Shown: in pieces, positions 20,449-30,736 of the stretch | How positions within the stretch are numbered: the stretch's first letter is position 1 | How the letters are laid out: every line of letters starts with the position of its first letter | From: Albidovulum sp. | Lineage (GTDB): Bacteria; Pseudomonadota; Alphaproteobacteria; Rhodobacterales; Rhodobacteraceae | Direction of reading: 5' to 3' | Assembly (NCBI GenBank): GCA_015491895.1 | Contig: WFVA01000024.1 | Span: 3,323 to 67,322 of the forward strand | DNA: 64,000 nucleotides | The notes under the pieces: model-generated | The model's input: the letters and a program-made list of their open reading frames with translations, nothing else | Database searches by the model: none | Told to the model about the DNA's origin: nothing | Position numbers and translations under genes: made by a program

Positions 20449-20482
20449 GGCACATTCCCCTGCCCGTTCGGGCGCCCGGCGA

Positions 20483-20653
20483 TCAAGCCCCGACGAATGC
20501 CAGGAAGATCAGAACGATGATGATACTGACTGTGGTCCAGGTGACGAACCGGATGAAGGCCTCGAAAGTCTTCTCATGCTCTTCGATATCCATGCTGCCA
20601 TGCTCGGCGACGAAATCCCCGATCAGTTCGATATCTTTTTCCTTCCTGGCCAT
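20483..20653 (-). CDS. aa3-type cytochrome c oxidase subunit IV (bacterial small subunit)
   Basis: Own translation MARKEKDIELIGDFVAEHGSMDIEEHEKTFEAFIRFVTWTTVSIIIVLIFLAFVGA (56 aa). The HG-x-MDI...H..TF..F......W..V....L.FLA pattern matches Paracoccus-type subunit IV. Below the ORF-track cutoff. Confidence 0.7.
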   Translation of the reverse strand: MARKEKDIELIGDFVAEHGSMDIEEHEKTFEAFIRFVTWTTVSIIIVLIFLAFVGA

Positions 20654-20708
20654 CTTGTGCTCCTCTCCTGTTCGCCTGCCAATTGGTTAGACGATTTTTC
20701 GTGATCTG

Positions 20709-21815
20709 TCACGCATCAGATATCGGGCTGTTTGCCGCGCCCTCACCCCGCGTTTTCACGCATTGCCACATGAGCGCGCCATCCCCGCGCGCCTGGCTTT
20801 TCGCCTCGCCCCTCGCCTCCAGATGGCGCAGATGGGCCATCGCTTCCACAAGCGCGAGGCCGTATTCGCCTTCGCCGATGGGGCGGCGGTAGAGCACGGG
20901 GAAGCATTCGGCGGCGGTGCGGGGGGTGGCGAGATGCTCCAGCAGGCGCGCGAGGGCTGACTCGTGATTTTCGATCAGCTGACCGAGGCGGAAGGGAAGG
21001 CCGGTGAAGGGCAGCTTGTGGCCCGGCAGCACCAGATGCCCGGGGCGGGCATGGCGGGCGAAGCGGGTGCAGGATTCGAGCCATTCGGCAAGCGGATCGG
21101 CGCGCGGTTCGGTAGCATAAACACCGATGTTGGGCGAGATCGAGGGGAGAAGCTGATCCCCCCCGATCACCAGATCGTCATCGCGGCTCCAGAAGGTGGC
21201 GTGCTCGGGGGCATGGCCGTTACCGCAGCGAACATCCCATTGCCGCCCCCCGATCGAGATCAGATCCCCTTCCCTGATCCGGGTAAAGCCGAGCGGCAGG
21301 GGCGCCACCGTATCGGCAAAGTTGAAGGGGCGCTCGCGGCTGCGTTTTTCAAGGATCGCGGGATCCATCCCGGCAGCGCGCCAGAAGGCGAGCGTTTCTT
21401 CGGTGGGGCGATCCTGATCGTCAAGCTGGAGCATGCGGGCAAAAAGCCAGGCGGTGCGGGTGGTGAGCAGCTCCGCCCCCTTCTCGCGCTGGAACCAGCC
21501 CGCAAGGCCGATGTGATCGGGGTGGTGATGGGTGACGATCACCCGGCGCACGGGCCTGCCTCCCAGAGGGCCGGTGAGCAGGGCCTCCCAGATGGCGCGG
21601 CTGCGGCGGCTGCTGATGCCGGTATCGATCAGGCTCCAGCCTTCCGCGCCCTCGTCAAGCGCAAAGACATTCACATGATCGAGCGCCATCGGCAGCGGCA
21701 GGCGCATCCACAGGATGCCCGGCGCGATCTCGCGCGCCTCGCCCTCGACCGGCGGCTCCGGGAAGGGATAGGCGATCTTCGCGCTCTCCGCCTCCTTTGC
21801 CTCGCCATCCATCAC
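20709..21815 (-). CDS. MBL-fold metallo-hydrolase
   Basis: VIVTHHHPDHIGLAGW (HxHxDH) plus downstream His/Asp ligands. Confidence 0.8.
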   Translation of the reverse strand: MMDGEAKEAESAKIAYPFPEPPVEGEAREIAPGILWMRLPLPMALDHVNVFALDEGAEGWSLIDTGISSRRSRAIWEALLTGPLGGRPVRRVIVTHHHPDHIGLAGWFQREKGAELLTTRTAWLFARMLQLDDQDRPTEETLAFWRAAGMDPAILEKRSRERPFNFADTVAPLPLGFTRIREGDLISIGGRQWDVRCGNGHAPEHATFWSRDDDLVIGGDQLLPSISPNIGVYATEPRADPLAEWLESCTRFARHARPGHLVLPGHKLPFTGLPFRLGQLIENHESALARLLEHLATPRTAAECFPVLYRRPIGEGEYGLALVEAMAHLRHLEARGEAKSQARGDGALMWQCVKTRGEGAANSPISDA

Positions 21816-23533
21816 AGGCCGGCCAGCTCTTCGGCGGAAATGGCATAGAGCCCGGCCGCGCCCGCCTTCGCCCGCGCCAGCAGGGCAGCATGCTCGGGCA
21901 GGAGGCGATTGATGAAGAACCGGGCGAAATGGGCACGCGGGCTCTGCGGGCCGGCGGCCTGGGCAGCCTGCAGATGCGCATCCGCACCGAGCACCAGCGC
22001 GAAGGCCCGCAGGAAGGGAACGGCGCCGGCGAAGCGATCATTGAAATCACCCTGCCCCACGAGCCACTCCACCCCTTCGCGCATCGTTTCCGCCGCCGCC
22101 CAGAGGGCGCCGCTCATGGCCGGCAGGGTGGCGCGGGCGGCTTCCGCCCGCTTCTCGATCTCCTCGAGCAGCCGACAGGCCGCCTCGCCGCCATCCATCA
22201 TCTTGCGCCCCACGAGATCCATCGCCTGGATGCCGTTGGTGCCCTCGTAGATCGCCGTCACCCGCACATCGCGCAGATATTGCGCCACCCCGGTTTCCTC
22301 GATGTAACCCATGCCGCCATGCACCTGGATCGCCTCGGAGGCCACCTCGCAGCCGGTATCGGTGCCATATGCCTTGGCGATGGGCGTGAGCAGCGCGGCG
22401 CGGGCGCGCCAGTCATCGCTGCCTGTGGCGCGGGCCATGTCCGTTGCGATAGCGCAGGAAAGCGCAATGGCGCGGGCGGCGAAAAGCTTTGCACGCATCG
22501 AGAGCAGCATCCGGCGCACATCGGCGTGATCGATGATCGTGCCGGTCGCGTTTTCGATCAGGGGCCGGCCCTGAACCCGCTCGCGCGCATAGGCAAGCGC
22601 CTTCTGATAGGCGCCTTCCCCGGCGCCGATCCCCTGCACGCCCACGCCGAGGCGGGCGTTGTTCATCATGGTGAACATCGCCTTCAGCCCCTCGTTGGGC
22701 GCACCGATCATCCAGCCCTTCGCGCCTTCATACTGCATCACGGCCGTGGGGCTGCCGTGCAGGCCCATCTTGTGCTCGAGCGAAACCACGCGCAGGCTGT
22801 TGGCCTCGCCCGGATTGCCGTTTTCATCGGGAATGAGCTTCGGCACCATGAACAGGCTGATCCCCTTGCTGCCGGCCGGGCTGCCCGGCAGGCGCGCCAG
22901 CACCAGATGGCAGACGTTTTCGCTGAAATCGTTGTCGGCCCAGCTGATAAATATCTTCTGCCCGCTGACGGCGAATGTGCCGTCGCCGCTATCGGTGGCG
23001 GTGGAGCGCAGCGCGCCCACGTCGCTGCCGGCGTTGGGCTCCGTCAGGTTCATGGTGCCGCACCAATCGCCGCTGATGAGCTTGGGCAGGTAGAGCGCCT
23101 TGATCTCGTCGCTCGCATGATGTTCGAGCGCCTCGATCTGCCCCTGGGTCATCAGCGGATTGAGCTGAAGCGCCAGGCAGGCGCCCGACATCATCTCGTT
23201 CACCGCCGTCGTCAGCGCCATCGGCAGGCCCATGCCGCCATATTCCACCGGCGCGCTCATGCCGATCCAGCCGCCCTCGGCGATGGCGCGATAGCCATCG
23301 CCAAAGCCCTTGGGGCAGATCACCCGCCCGTTTTCGAGCCGCGCCGGATCGGTATCCCCCACCCTTTGCAGGGGCGAAAGCACCTCTTCGCACATGCGCC
23401 CCGCCTCGCCGAGGATCGCCGCCGCCATCTCGCCGCCGGCTTCGGCATGGATCTCGTTTTGCGTGACACGGCCGAACCCGACGACATGATCGAGAAGAAA
23501 GGTGAAATCCTCCACCGGAGCGCGATAGGCCAT
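21812..23533 (-). CDS. Large acyl-CoA dehydrogenase (AidB/DmdC/FadE-like, ~570 aa)
   Basis: MAYRAPVEDFTFLLDHV..., ACAD middle and C-terminal motifs (TEPNAGSD, IYEGTNGIQ). Start at the ATG preceded by TGGAGGTG. Substrate not assignable by eye. Confidence 0.85.
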   Translation of the reverse strand: MAYRAPVEDFTFLLDHVVGFGRVTQNEIHAEAGGEMAAAILGEAGRMCEEVLSPLQRVGDTDPARLENGRVICPKGFGDGYRAIAEGGWIGMSAPVEYGGMGLPMALTTAVNEMMSGACLALQLNPLMTQGQIEALEHHASDEIKALYLPKLISGDWCGTMNLTEPNAGSDVGALRSTATDSGDGTFAVSGQKIFISWADNDFSENVCHLVLARLPGSPAGSKGISLFMVPKLIPDENGNPGEANSLRVVSLEHKMGLHGSPTAVMQYEGAKGWMIGAPNEGLKAMFTMMNNARLGVGVQGIGAGEGAYQKALAYARERVQGRPLIENATGTIIDHADVRRMLLSMRAKLFAARAIALSCAIATDMARATGSDDWRARAALLTPIAKAYGTDTGCEVASEAIQVHGGMGYIEETGVAQYLRDVRVTAIYEGTNGIQAMDLVGRKMMDGGEAACRLLEEIEKRAEAARATLPAMSGALWAAAETMREGVEWLVGQGDFNDRFAGAVPFLRAFALVLGADAHLQAAQAAGPQSPRAHFARFFINRLLPEHAALLARAKAGAAGLYAISAEELAGL

Positions 23534-23686
23534 GAGGCACCTCCATTGCACCATATTGGAATCGCCGTGCTTGAGGGATATGCAGGCTACCAACCGTGAT
23601 CAACCGGGCACAGGGTAAGCCAATCCCCACCCCCCGCAAGAGAAACGCAACGTAATATACTAACCGGAACCGCCGAGGAAAGATCC

Positions 23687-24340
23687 GTGAAGATGGAACG
23701 ATTGAAAGGAGAGCCGGAAGGAATTGCCCGCGCGGTGGCAATCCTGCGCGCCGGGGGGCTTGTCGCCTTTCCAACGGATACGGTCTATGGCCTTGGCGCC
23801 GATGCGAAAAGCGAAGCGGCCGTGGCACGCCTGGCCCTTGCCAAGGGGAGGCCGGAGGGCAAGCCTTTCAGCCTGCTGGTTGCCTCGATGCAAATGGCGC
23901 ATGCGATCGCCATCTTCGATCCCCGCGCCGAAATCCTTGCCCGCGCCTTCTGGCCCGGCGCCCTTACGCTCGTCTTGCCATTGCGCCGCGAAGCGGAGAT
24001 CGCACCGCGCGCCACGGCCGGGCGCACCAGCATCGGCCTGCGCCTGCCGGATCACCCTGTTTCGCATGCTCTCCTTCAGGGATTCGGAGCGCCGATCGCC
24101 GCACCTTCGGCCAATCCTTCCGGCAGCCCGAGCCCGCTTTGCGCATCTGATGTGGCAAACGGGCTCGGAGGGAAGATCACTGCCCTGCTGGAAGCCCCTC
24201 CCGCACCAAAGGGCCGGGATTCAACCGTGATCGATCTGACCTCGCAAAGGCCCCGCCTGCTGCGCGCGGGTGCGATTGGCGCTGACGCGATCGAAGCGGC
24301 CCTCTCGGGGCAACCCGGAGGAGCAACCTTGCTTCGGTGA
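23687..24340 (+). CDS. tsaC: L-threonylcarbamoyladenylate synthase (TsaC/YrdC/Sua5 family)
   Basis: GGLVAFPTDTVYGLGADA, KGRPEGKPFSLLV, SANPSG motifs. Confidence 0.85.
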   Translation: MKMERLKGEPEGIARAVAILRAGGLVAFPTDTVYGLGADAKSEAAVARLALAKGRPEGKPFSLLVASMQMAHAIAIFDPRAEILARAFWPGALTLVLPLRREAEIAPRATAGRTSIGLRLPDHPVSHALLQGFGAPIAAPSANPSGSPSPLCASDVANGLGGKITALLEAPPAPKGRDSTVIDLTSQRPRLLRAGAIGADAIEAALSGQPGGATLLR

Positions 24341-24354
24341 AATGGGGGCAGCCC

Positions 24355-24951
24355 TCAGGCCCGCCCGCCGGCGGCGGAAAGCATGAGCGGATCGATGCCG
24401 AGCGTCTCCAGCGCGGCCTTCCATTTGCTGCCGTTCTCCTCGGCAAACACGATCTCGGGCGCCGCATCGGTGACAAGCCAGCCATTTTGCTGCAATTCGG
24501 CCTCCAGCTGGCCCGGCGCCCAGCCCGCATATCCCAGCGCCAGCAGGGATTTCACCGGCCCCTGTCCGCGCGCCATGTCTGCCAGGATGTCGCGGGTGGC
24601 GGTCATGGCGAAAACCGGATCGATGGTGAGGGTGGCATCGGCAATGGCGTAATCCGAACTGTGCAGCACGAAGCCGCGCGCCGTCTCCACAGGCCCGCCG
24701 AAATGGATTGGCTGCCCCCCGGAAGGGCCGGCGGCATCGCCTTGCGGGATCCCAAGCTGCTCCAGCAGATCAGCAAACATTAGATCAGGCGTGGGCTTGT
24801 TGATGATCAGGCCCATCGCGCCCTCATCGCCGTGGGCACAGATATAGACAACGCTCTTCTCAAACCGGGGGTCGCCCATCCCCGGCATCGCGATCAGGAG
24901 CTTGCCGGAAAGATCTGCTGCCGTCTGGTTCTGGTTATCACTTTTTGCCAT
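24355..24951 (-). CDS. YqgE/AlgH family protein (UPF0301)
   Basis: LLIAMPGMGDPRFEKSVVYICAHGDEGAMGLIINKP. Start at ATG 24951. Confidence 0.85.
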   Translation of the reverse strand: MAKSDNQNQTAADLSGKLLIAMPGMGDPRFEKSVVYICAHGDEGAMGLIINKPTPDLMFADLLEQLGIPQGDAAGPSGGQPIHFGGPVETARGFVLHSSDYAIADATLTIDPVFAMTATRDILADMARGQGPVKSLLALGYAGWAPGQLEAELQQNGWLVTDAAPEIVFAEENGSKWKAALETLGIDPLMLSAAGGRA

Positions 24952-25092
24952 GGCAGAAACATGGGGGGGAAAGGGCTGTTGCGCAAGCCCCGGCAATTGC
25001 GTGATGCTCTTCTGCCGGAATTGTGATTTTTATCCGGGCGGGAAAGATGCGACGCTGTGAGTATGGTTGAACGGATGGAAGAATACCCCGAC

Positions 25093-25917
25093 ATGGCCCG
25101 CACCGCCCTGATCCTTCTTGTGCTCGCAACGCCGCTGGCCCTGCCAGACGCCACGCATGGCGAGGTTGCCGCACAGCGGATCGAAGGCGTGCGCACCATC
25201 GAGATTCTGCCCGGCTGGAAGGAGACAGACGGCGATCGCATGGCGGCGCTGCGAATTCGCCTTGAACCGGGCTGGAAAACCTACTGGCGCGCACCGGGCG
25301 ATGCGGGCATACCGCCGAGCTTCGATTGGGAAGGCTCGCAAAACATCCGCGGCGTGAAAATCCACTGGCCCCGCCCGAGCGGGCCACTGTCGGGCGGAAT
25401 GCGTTCGGTTGTCTATGAAGGGGATGTGGTGCTGCCCATCGAAATCACGCCCGAGGATCCGGGAAAGCCGATCACGCTCAAGGCAAAGGCAGAGCTTGGG
25501 TTATGCAAGGATATCTGCATTCCCGCGAGCGTTACCTTCAACATGGAAATCTCGCCTTCGGCATCAACACCCGAGCCCATGATAGAAAAGGCCCTTGCGG
25601 CTCAGCCGGTGAGCGCCGATGCAGCCGGCGTGCGCGGGGTTTCCTGCTCGGCCGAGCCGATCAGCGATGGCCTGCGCGTCACCGCGCGAATCAGCATGCC
25701 AAGTACCGGCGGCGAGGAGATTGCCGTCATGGAAGCTCCTGATCCCTCGATCTGGGTCAGCGAGGGGGAAGCGAGGCGCGAAGGGGATACGCTCATTGCC
25801 ACCGTCGAGATGGTGCCCCCCGAAAACGCGCCTTTCGAGCTTGATCGCTCCGGTGTTCGGATCACCGTCCTCGGAAAGGAAAAGGCGGTTGATATCAGGG
25901 GCTGCGAAGGCAGCTGA
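25093..25917 (+). CDS. Periplasmic DsbD N-terminal-domain (thiol:disulfide interchange) family protein
   Basis: Signal peptide MARTALILLVLATPLALPDA; LEPGWKTYWRAPGDAGIPPSFDW and LCKDICIP motifs. Confidence 0.7.
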   Translation: MARTALILLVLATPLALPDATHGEVAAQRIEGVRTIEILPGWKETDGDRMAALRIRLEPGWKTYWRAPGDAGIPPSFDWEGSQNIRGVKIHWPRPSGPLSGGMRSVVYEGDVVLPIEITPEDPGKPITLKAKAELGLCKDICIPASVTFNMEISPSASTPEPMIEKALAAQPVSADAAGVRGVSCSAEPISDGLRVTARISMPSTGGEEIAVMEAPDPSIWVSEGEARREGDTLIATVEMVPPENAPFELDRSGVRITVLGKEKAVDIRGCEGS

Positions 25918-25944
25918 CAGCGGCGAAAGACCGCCCCGCCTTTC

Positions 25945-28900
25945 TCAGCCGGCTTTCGGGGTGCGCCGCGCCCGGCGCACCATCACAACCCCCGTAATCC
26001 ATGTGCCGAGTGCGATCGCGCCGCTCAGGAGCACGAACAGGAAAAATGCCGCCGGCAGGGCGGGCAGCCCCGCAAGGAAGGGGAAAGCGGCCAGCAATGG
26101 CGCAGCCAGATGGCCGGCAATGAGCGCCGATGCCAGGGTGGCGGCGAAGCTCGCGGCAATGAGCAATGCCGCCGTCAGCGCGAGCCGCCGCACGAGCCGC
26201 CCCCGGCGCGGCAGGGGCCGCGAGGGGATGCGCAGCGCCCGGCGGAGCGCCCGCAGGCTGCGGCCGATATCAAGCTGCATCGCAATCAGGGCCGGAACGA
26301 CGAGAAGCACGAGCACCATCCCGAAGCCGAGCCCGTAAACGAGGGTGATCACGGTTGGCTTCAGGAACTGCGCCTGGGTGGAGCTTTCGAAGAGGAGCGG
26401 CGCGAGGCCGAAGACGGTTGTCAGGGTAGTGAGCAGCACGGCGCGCAGACGATCGGCGGTGCCGTCGATGATGGCAGGGACGAGGCCGCGCTCGCGGGCG
26501 TATTCGTCAATCGTCGTCACCAGCACGATGGAATCGTTGATGATGATTCCCGTCATGCCCAGAAGGCCGACGACGCTGAACATCGAAAGCGGCACCCCGT
26601 GCAGCGCATGGCCGAAGATCGTGCCCACCAGCCCGAAGGGTATGATCGCCATCACCACGAGGGGCCGCAGCCAGCTGGCGAAGATCCAGGCGAGGGTGAG
26701 ATAGATGCCGGTCAGCCCGAGCAGGAAGCCCAGCAGCGCATCGGAAAGGAAGGCGCGTTCGTCTTCGGCCTGGCCGGAAAGCTTCCAGGCCACGCGGTAA
26801 TCACGCTCTATTTCAGGCAGGATCCTCTGGCGGAGAGCCTCCATTATCTCGCTGGCGCGCGCGGGATCGTCCTCGCTGAGAGAGCCTGTCACGGAAACCA
26901 GGCGCAGGCCGTTTTCGCGCCTGACGGTGGCGAACCCCCGGCTCTCGCTGACGCTCACGATATCGGAAAGCGGCACATAGGTGCCCGCCTTCGTGCGGAT
27001 CTGCATCCGATCGAGAAAATCCGCCGCATGCTCATCCTGCGGCAATTCGACGGTGATCTTCGCCGAACGCGCGCCCACCGGGAAGCTCGCCGCCTCGATG
27101 CCGTTGATCCGGTTGCGCAGCACGCGGGAAAGATCTTCAATGGCAAATCCGAGCGCCTTGCCGCGCGGCGTGAGATCAAGCACCAGTTCCGCCTTGTCAT
27201 AGGCGAGCGTATCCTCGAGGCCGGAAACTTCCGGGTAAACGGAAAGCGCAGCCTTCAGAGCCTCGGCGGCGGCTTTCAGCGTGGCCGCGTCGCTGCCGTG
27301 AAAATCCACCGCGATCGCATCGCCCGAAGGCCCCTGATGCCACCCCCGGAAGCTGACGGTTTCGGCCAGCGGATGGCGCTGAAGCGCCTTCTGGAGATCG
27401 GCGAGGAAACGGAAGGATGAATAGGGCCTGAGATCGGGATCGATCAGCTCTATGGAGATGTTGCCGAGGAGATCGGGATTTTTCTCATCGGCGCCCGCAA
27501 GCCCCGGGCCGGACGTACCGCCCACCCCGGCCAGCACGAATTTCAGCGGGTTGCGGTCGTATTTTTCGGCGTATTTGCGCCCCATTTCCTCGACAACGCG
27601 CTGAAGCATGTGCATCTGCTCGAGGGTATCGGCGCGGGTGGCCTGATCGCTCATGGCGAAATTGCCGGTGATCGAGGGGCGCTCGGGCGCATTGAAGAAG
27701 CGCCATTGCACATCGCCCCGGATCACGAGGGAAACCTGCCAGGCGAGAAGCACGACCGCCGCCGCCAGCACCGGGTAGCGAAGCCGCACCACCAGCCCCA
27801 TCAGCGGGCGGAAGAAGCGGCGCCTGAAAGCAAAGAAGGCGCGGTTGAAGGCCCGGCTCGGCAGATCATACCAATGCGTGCGGACCGAATGGGCGAGCGC
27901 ATGGGCCATGTGATTGGGCAGGATCAGGAAACATTCCAGCAGCGAGGCGCTCAGAACGGCAATGACGGTGAAGGGGATATCGGCGATGAGCCGGCCCATG
28001 CTTCCCCCCACGACAACCAGCGTGAAGAAGGCGATCACGGTGGTGAGCGTCGCGGAAAAGACGGGCGCGGCCATCCTGCGCGCGGCATTTTCGGCGGCGA
28101 TCACCGGCGGCTCGCCCAGCACCCGGGCGCGAAAATCGGCGTGTTCGCCCACCACGATCGCATCGTCCACCACCATGCCGAGCGTGATGATCAGGGCAAA
28201 CAGCGAGATCATGTTGATGGTCAGGCCGGCGGCATACATGAGGGCCAGCGCCGTCAGCACCGATACCGGGATGCCAACGGCCACCCAGAAGGCCGTGCGG
28301 GCATTGAGAAAGAGAAAGAGGAGCGCCAGCACCAGCGCAAGGCCGGTAAGGCCGTTCTTCATCAGCATGTTCAGGCGGGCGGAGATGGCCTCGGCGCGGG
28401 TGCGGATCAGGGTGATCTCGACCCCGGGCGGCAGGATGCGCTCCATTTCCGCCGCCACCTCCTCCACCGTTTTCTGAATGGCAACCGCATCACCGCCCGC
28501 CGAGCGATCGACCCGCAGCGAAATCGCCGGGTTCTTGCCCTGGAAATAGGCGCGTTCGCGATCGGGCCCCTCCACGCGAACCCGCGCAACATCGCCGATC
28601 GTGAGGGGCGTGCCATCCGGGGCGGTCGAGAGCACGATCCCGGCCACCTCGCGCGCCGTGCGCCGGGCGATTCCGGTGCGCACGCGGGCGTTGGCGCCAC
28701 GTACCTCGCCTGCCGGGTCGGCCGCCGCTTCCCCGGCAATGGCAGCGGCGATTTCCGCCATGGAGAGATCATGGCGGATCAGGTTCTCCCCCGGCACCTC
28801 GATCACGATCTGCGGCGCGGCGACGCCTCGGATGGTGGTGCGCGTAACGCCCCTGGCAAAGAGCCGGGAGGTGAACTCATCGGCAAAGCGGGCGAGCTGC

Positions 28901-29370
28901 TCCACCGCCACCGGCCCGGTGATCACCACATCGGTAACCCGATCCCGCCAGGCCTCACGGCGCACATCCGGGCGCTCGGCGTCCTCGGGCAGGGTATTGA
29001 CCGCATCGATGGCGGCCTTCACCTCATCCTCGCCGCGCCCCATATCCCATCCCGGCTCGAACTCGAGCGAAATCACCCCGGAGCCCTCGCGCGAAATCGT
29101 GCTCGAGGATTTCACCCCGTCCACGGAAAGCAGAGCCGGCTCCAGCACCTGCACGATGCCGCGATCCACATCCTCCGCCCCCGCGCCGGGCCATTCCACG
29201 CTCACGGTGATGCGGCTGATCACGATATCAGGGAAAAACTGCGTGCGCAGCTTCGGCAATACCGCAGCGCCGATCGCCAGCAGCATCAGCAGGAGCAGAT
29301 TGGCCGCCGTGCGGTGGCGGGTGAAATAGGAAAGGATCCCGCCGGCGGCCGGAGGCAGGGAACGCGCCAT
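25945..29370 (-). CDS. RND efflux transporter permease (AcrB/HAE family)
   Basis: About 1141 aa with 12-TM plus two large periplasmic-loop architecture. Start at ATG 29370, one nt after the adaptor stop. Confidence 0.9.
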   Translation of the reverse strand: MARSLPPAAGGILSYFTRHRTAANLLLLMLLAIGAAVLPKLRTQFFPDIVISRITVSVEWPGAGAEDVDRGIVQVLEPALLSVDGVKSSSTISREGSGVISLEFEPGWDMGRGEDEVKAAIDAVNTLPEDAERPDVRREAWRDRVTDVVITGPVAVEQLARFADEFTSRLFARGVTRTTIRGVAAPQIVIEVPGENLIRHDLSMAEIAAAIAGEAAADPAGEVRGANARVRTGIARRTAREVAGIVLSTAPDGTPLTIGDVARVRVEGPDRERAYFQGKNPAISLRVDRSAGGDAVAIQKTVEEVAAEMERILPPGVEITLIRTRAEAISARLNMLMKNGLTGLALVLALLFLFLNARTAFWVAVGIPVSVLTALALMYAAGLTINMISLFALIITLGMVVDDAIVVGEHADFRARVLGEPPVIAAENAARRMAAPVFSATLTTVIAFFTLVVVGGSMGRLIADIPFTVIAVLSASLLECFLILPNHMAHALAHSVRTHWYDLPSRAFNRAFFAFRRRFFRPLMGLVVRLRYPVLAAAVVLLAWQVSLVIRGDVQWRFFNAPERPSITGNFAMSDQATRADTLEQMHMLQRVVEEMGRKYAEKYDRNPLKFVLAGVGGTSGPGLAGADEKNPDLLGNISIELIDPDLRPYSSFRFLADLQKALQRHPLAETVSFRGWHQGPSGDAIAVDFHGSDAATLKAAAEALKAALSVYPEVSGLEDTLAYDKAELVLDLTPRGKALGFAIEDLSRVLRNRINGIEAASFPVGARSAKITVELPQDEHAADFLDRMQIRTKAGTYVPLSDIVSVSESRGFATVRRENGLRLVSVTGSLSEDDPARASEIMEALRQRILPEIERDYRVAWKLSGQAEDERAFLSDALLGFLLGLTGIYLTLAWIFASWLRPLVVMAIIPFGLVGTIFGHALHGVPLSMFSVVGLLGMTGIIINDSIVLVTTIDEYARERGLVPAIIDGTADRLRAVLLTTLTTVFGLAPLLFESSTQAQFLKPTVITLVYGLGFGMVLVLLVVPALIAMQLDIGRSLRALRRALRIPSRPLPRRGRLVRRLALTAALLIAASFAATLASALIAGHLAAPLLAAFPFLAGLPALPAAFFLFVLLSGAIALGTWITGVVMVRRARRTPKAG

Positions 29371-29371
29371 T

Positions 29372-30736
29372 TCAGCCGCCCTTTCCGGGGCTTTCGCCGG
29401 CAAGCGCGGTGCCTCTTTCCCCTGCGCCGCTCCCCGCCGGACCACCTTCGACATCGCTGCGCAGCGGATTGACCCTGATCCCGGCTCCGAGCAATGGCGT
29501 GCGATGCGCAACCACGAGCCGCCCGGCGAGCGCCGGGGCGCGGATGATCACATCATCGCCCTGGCGGCGCAGAAGCTTCACCGGCAGCGCCTCGAGCCTG
29601 TTCCCGCCATCCAGAACCAAAACGCTGCCATCCGGGCCGAAGGCCTGTGCGGGCAGTTTCACCACATCCTTCAGAACCGGCTCGAACAGGCGGACACGCA
29701 CGAAATCTCCCGGCCGCATCCCCGCCTCCGCCGCCCCTTCGAGGCGGGCGAAAAGCTGGCGCCCCGTCCGCCCTTCACCCGTTGTCGTGCTTTCACGCCC
29801 GAGCGTGCCCCTGGCAATGGCCAGGGGATCTTCCGAGGCGCCGCTTTCGAGCCACACCTCCACAGGCAATGGTGCAAGCGCGCCGGAAGGGCCGAGAAGG
29901 CGGGCGTATTGCGCGGTGGAAACGCTGAAGGCCACCTCGATGGCCGCCGGATCTATAAGGCGGGCGAGGCGCTCGTTTTTCTGCACGATCCCGCCCTCAA
30001 TGGCCGATACCCCTTCAAGCCGGCCGGCGAAAGGCGCGCTGATCGTGGTATCGACCAGCCGGCGGCGGGCATCTGCAAGCGCGTTTTCAGCGCGCTTCAG
30101 GGCAATCCGCGCCCGCGCAAGGCGGCTCTCGGCCTGCTGCACCGCCTGACGGCGCGAAAGCACCACCTGGCGCGCGGCCTGATCGGCAAGCTCCGCCGCC
30201 TCCACGGCCGCATCCGTGCCAACGCCGCGCGCCAGAAGATCACGCTGGCGGGCAAGGGCGCGCGCGCGCAGCTCCGCCTGCGCTTCGGCAAGCCCGAGAT
30301 CCCGCTTCGCGAGCGCGAGCGCGGCCTCGGCGCTTTTGCGCTCAGCCTCGGCCTCTTCAAGCCCGGCCCGGGCATTCTCCAGCGCCGATCGCGCTTCCGC
30401 AGGGTCGATCTGCGCAAGGCGCTGGCCGGCCCGCACCTTCCCGCCTTCCTCGAATTCCCCGGCGAGATAGATGATCCGGCCGGATGACGTGGCGCGCAGA
30501 TCAAGCTGGCGCAGGCTGCGCAGCTCGCCGAAGGTTTCGATCATGGGGGCGATATCGCGCGGCTCGGCCTTCACGACAGCAACGGAAAACACCCGCTCGC
30601 GCGGCGCGATGACATGCGCCTCGCGGCTCTTGCGCGCCTCGATCGCGCTCACGATCACGCCGCCGGCCCAGGCCAGAAGGCCGATGGTCACGGCCAGCAG
30701 GAAAAGGCCGGTGAGGCTGCGTCCCAGAAAGCGCAT
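29372..30736 (-). CDS. RND efflux periplasmic adaptor (HlyD/MFP family)
   Basis: N-terminal TM anchor, long Ala/Arg/Glu coiled-coil hairpin, beta-barrel C-terminus. Confidence 0.85.
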   Translation of the reverse strand: MRFLGRSLTGLFLLAVTIGLLAWAGGVIVSAIEARKSREAHVIAPRERVFSVAVVKAEPRDIAPMIETFGELRSLRQLDLRATSSGRIIYLAGEFEEGGKVRAGQRLAQIDPAEARSALENARAGLEEAEAERKSAEAALALAKRDLGLAEAQAELRARALARQRDLLARGVGTDAAVEAAELADQAARQVVLSRRQAVQQAESRLARARIALKRAENALADARRRLVDTTISAPFAGRLEGVSAIEGGIVQKNERLARLIDPAAIEVAFSVSTAQYARLLGPSGALAPLPVEVWLESGASEDPLAIARGTLGRESTTTGEGRTGRQLFARLEGAAEAGMRPGDFVRVRLFEPVLKDVVKLPAQAFGPDGSVLVLDGGNRLEALPVKLLRRQGDDVIIRAPALAGRLVVAHRTPLLGAGIRVNPLRSDVEGGPAGSGAGERGTALAGESPGKGG

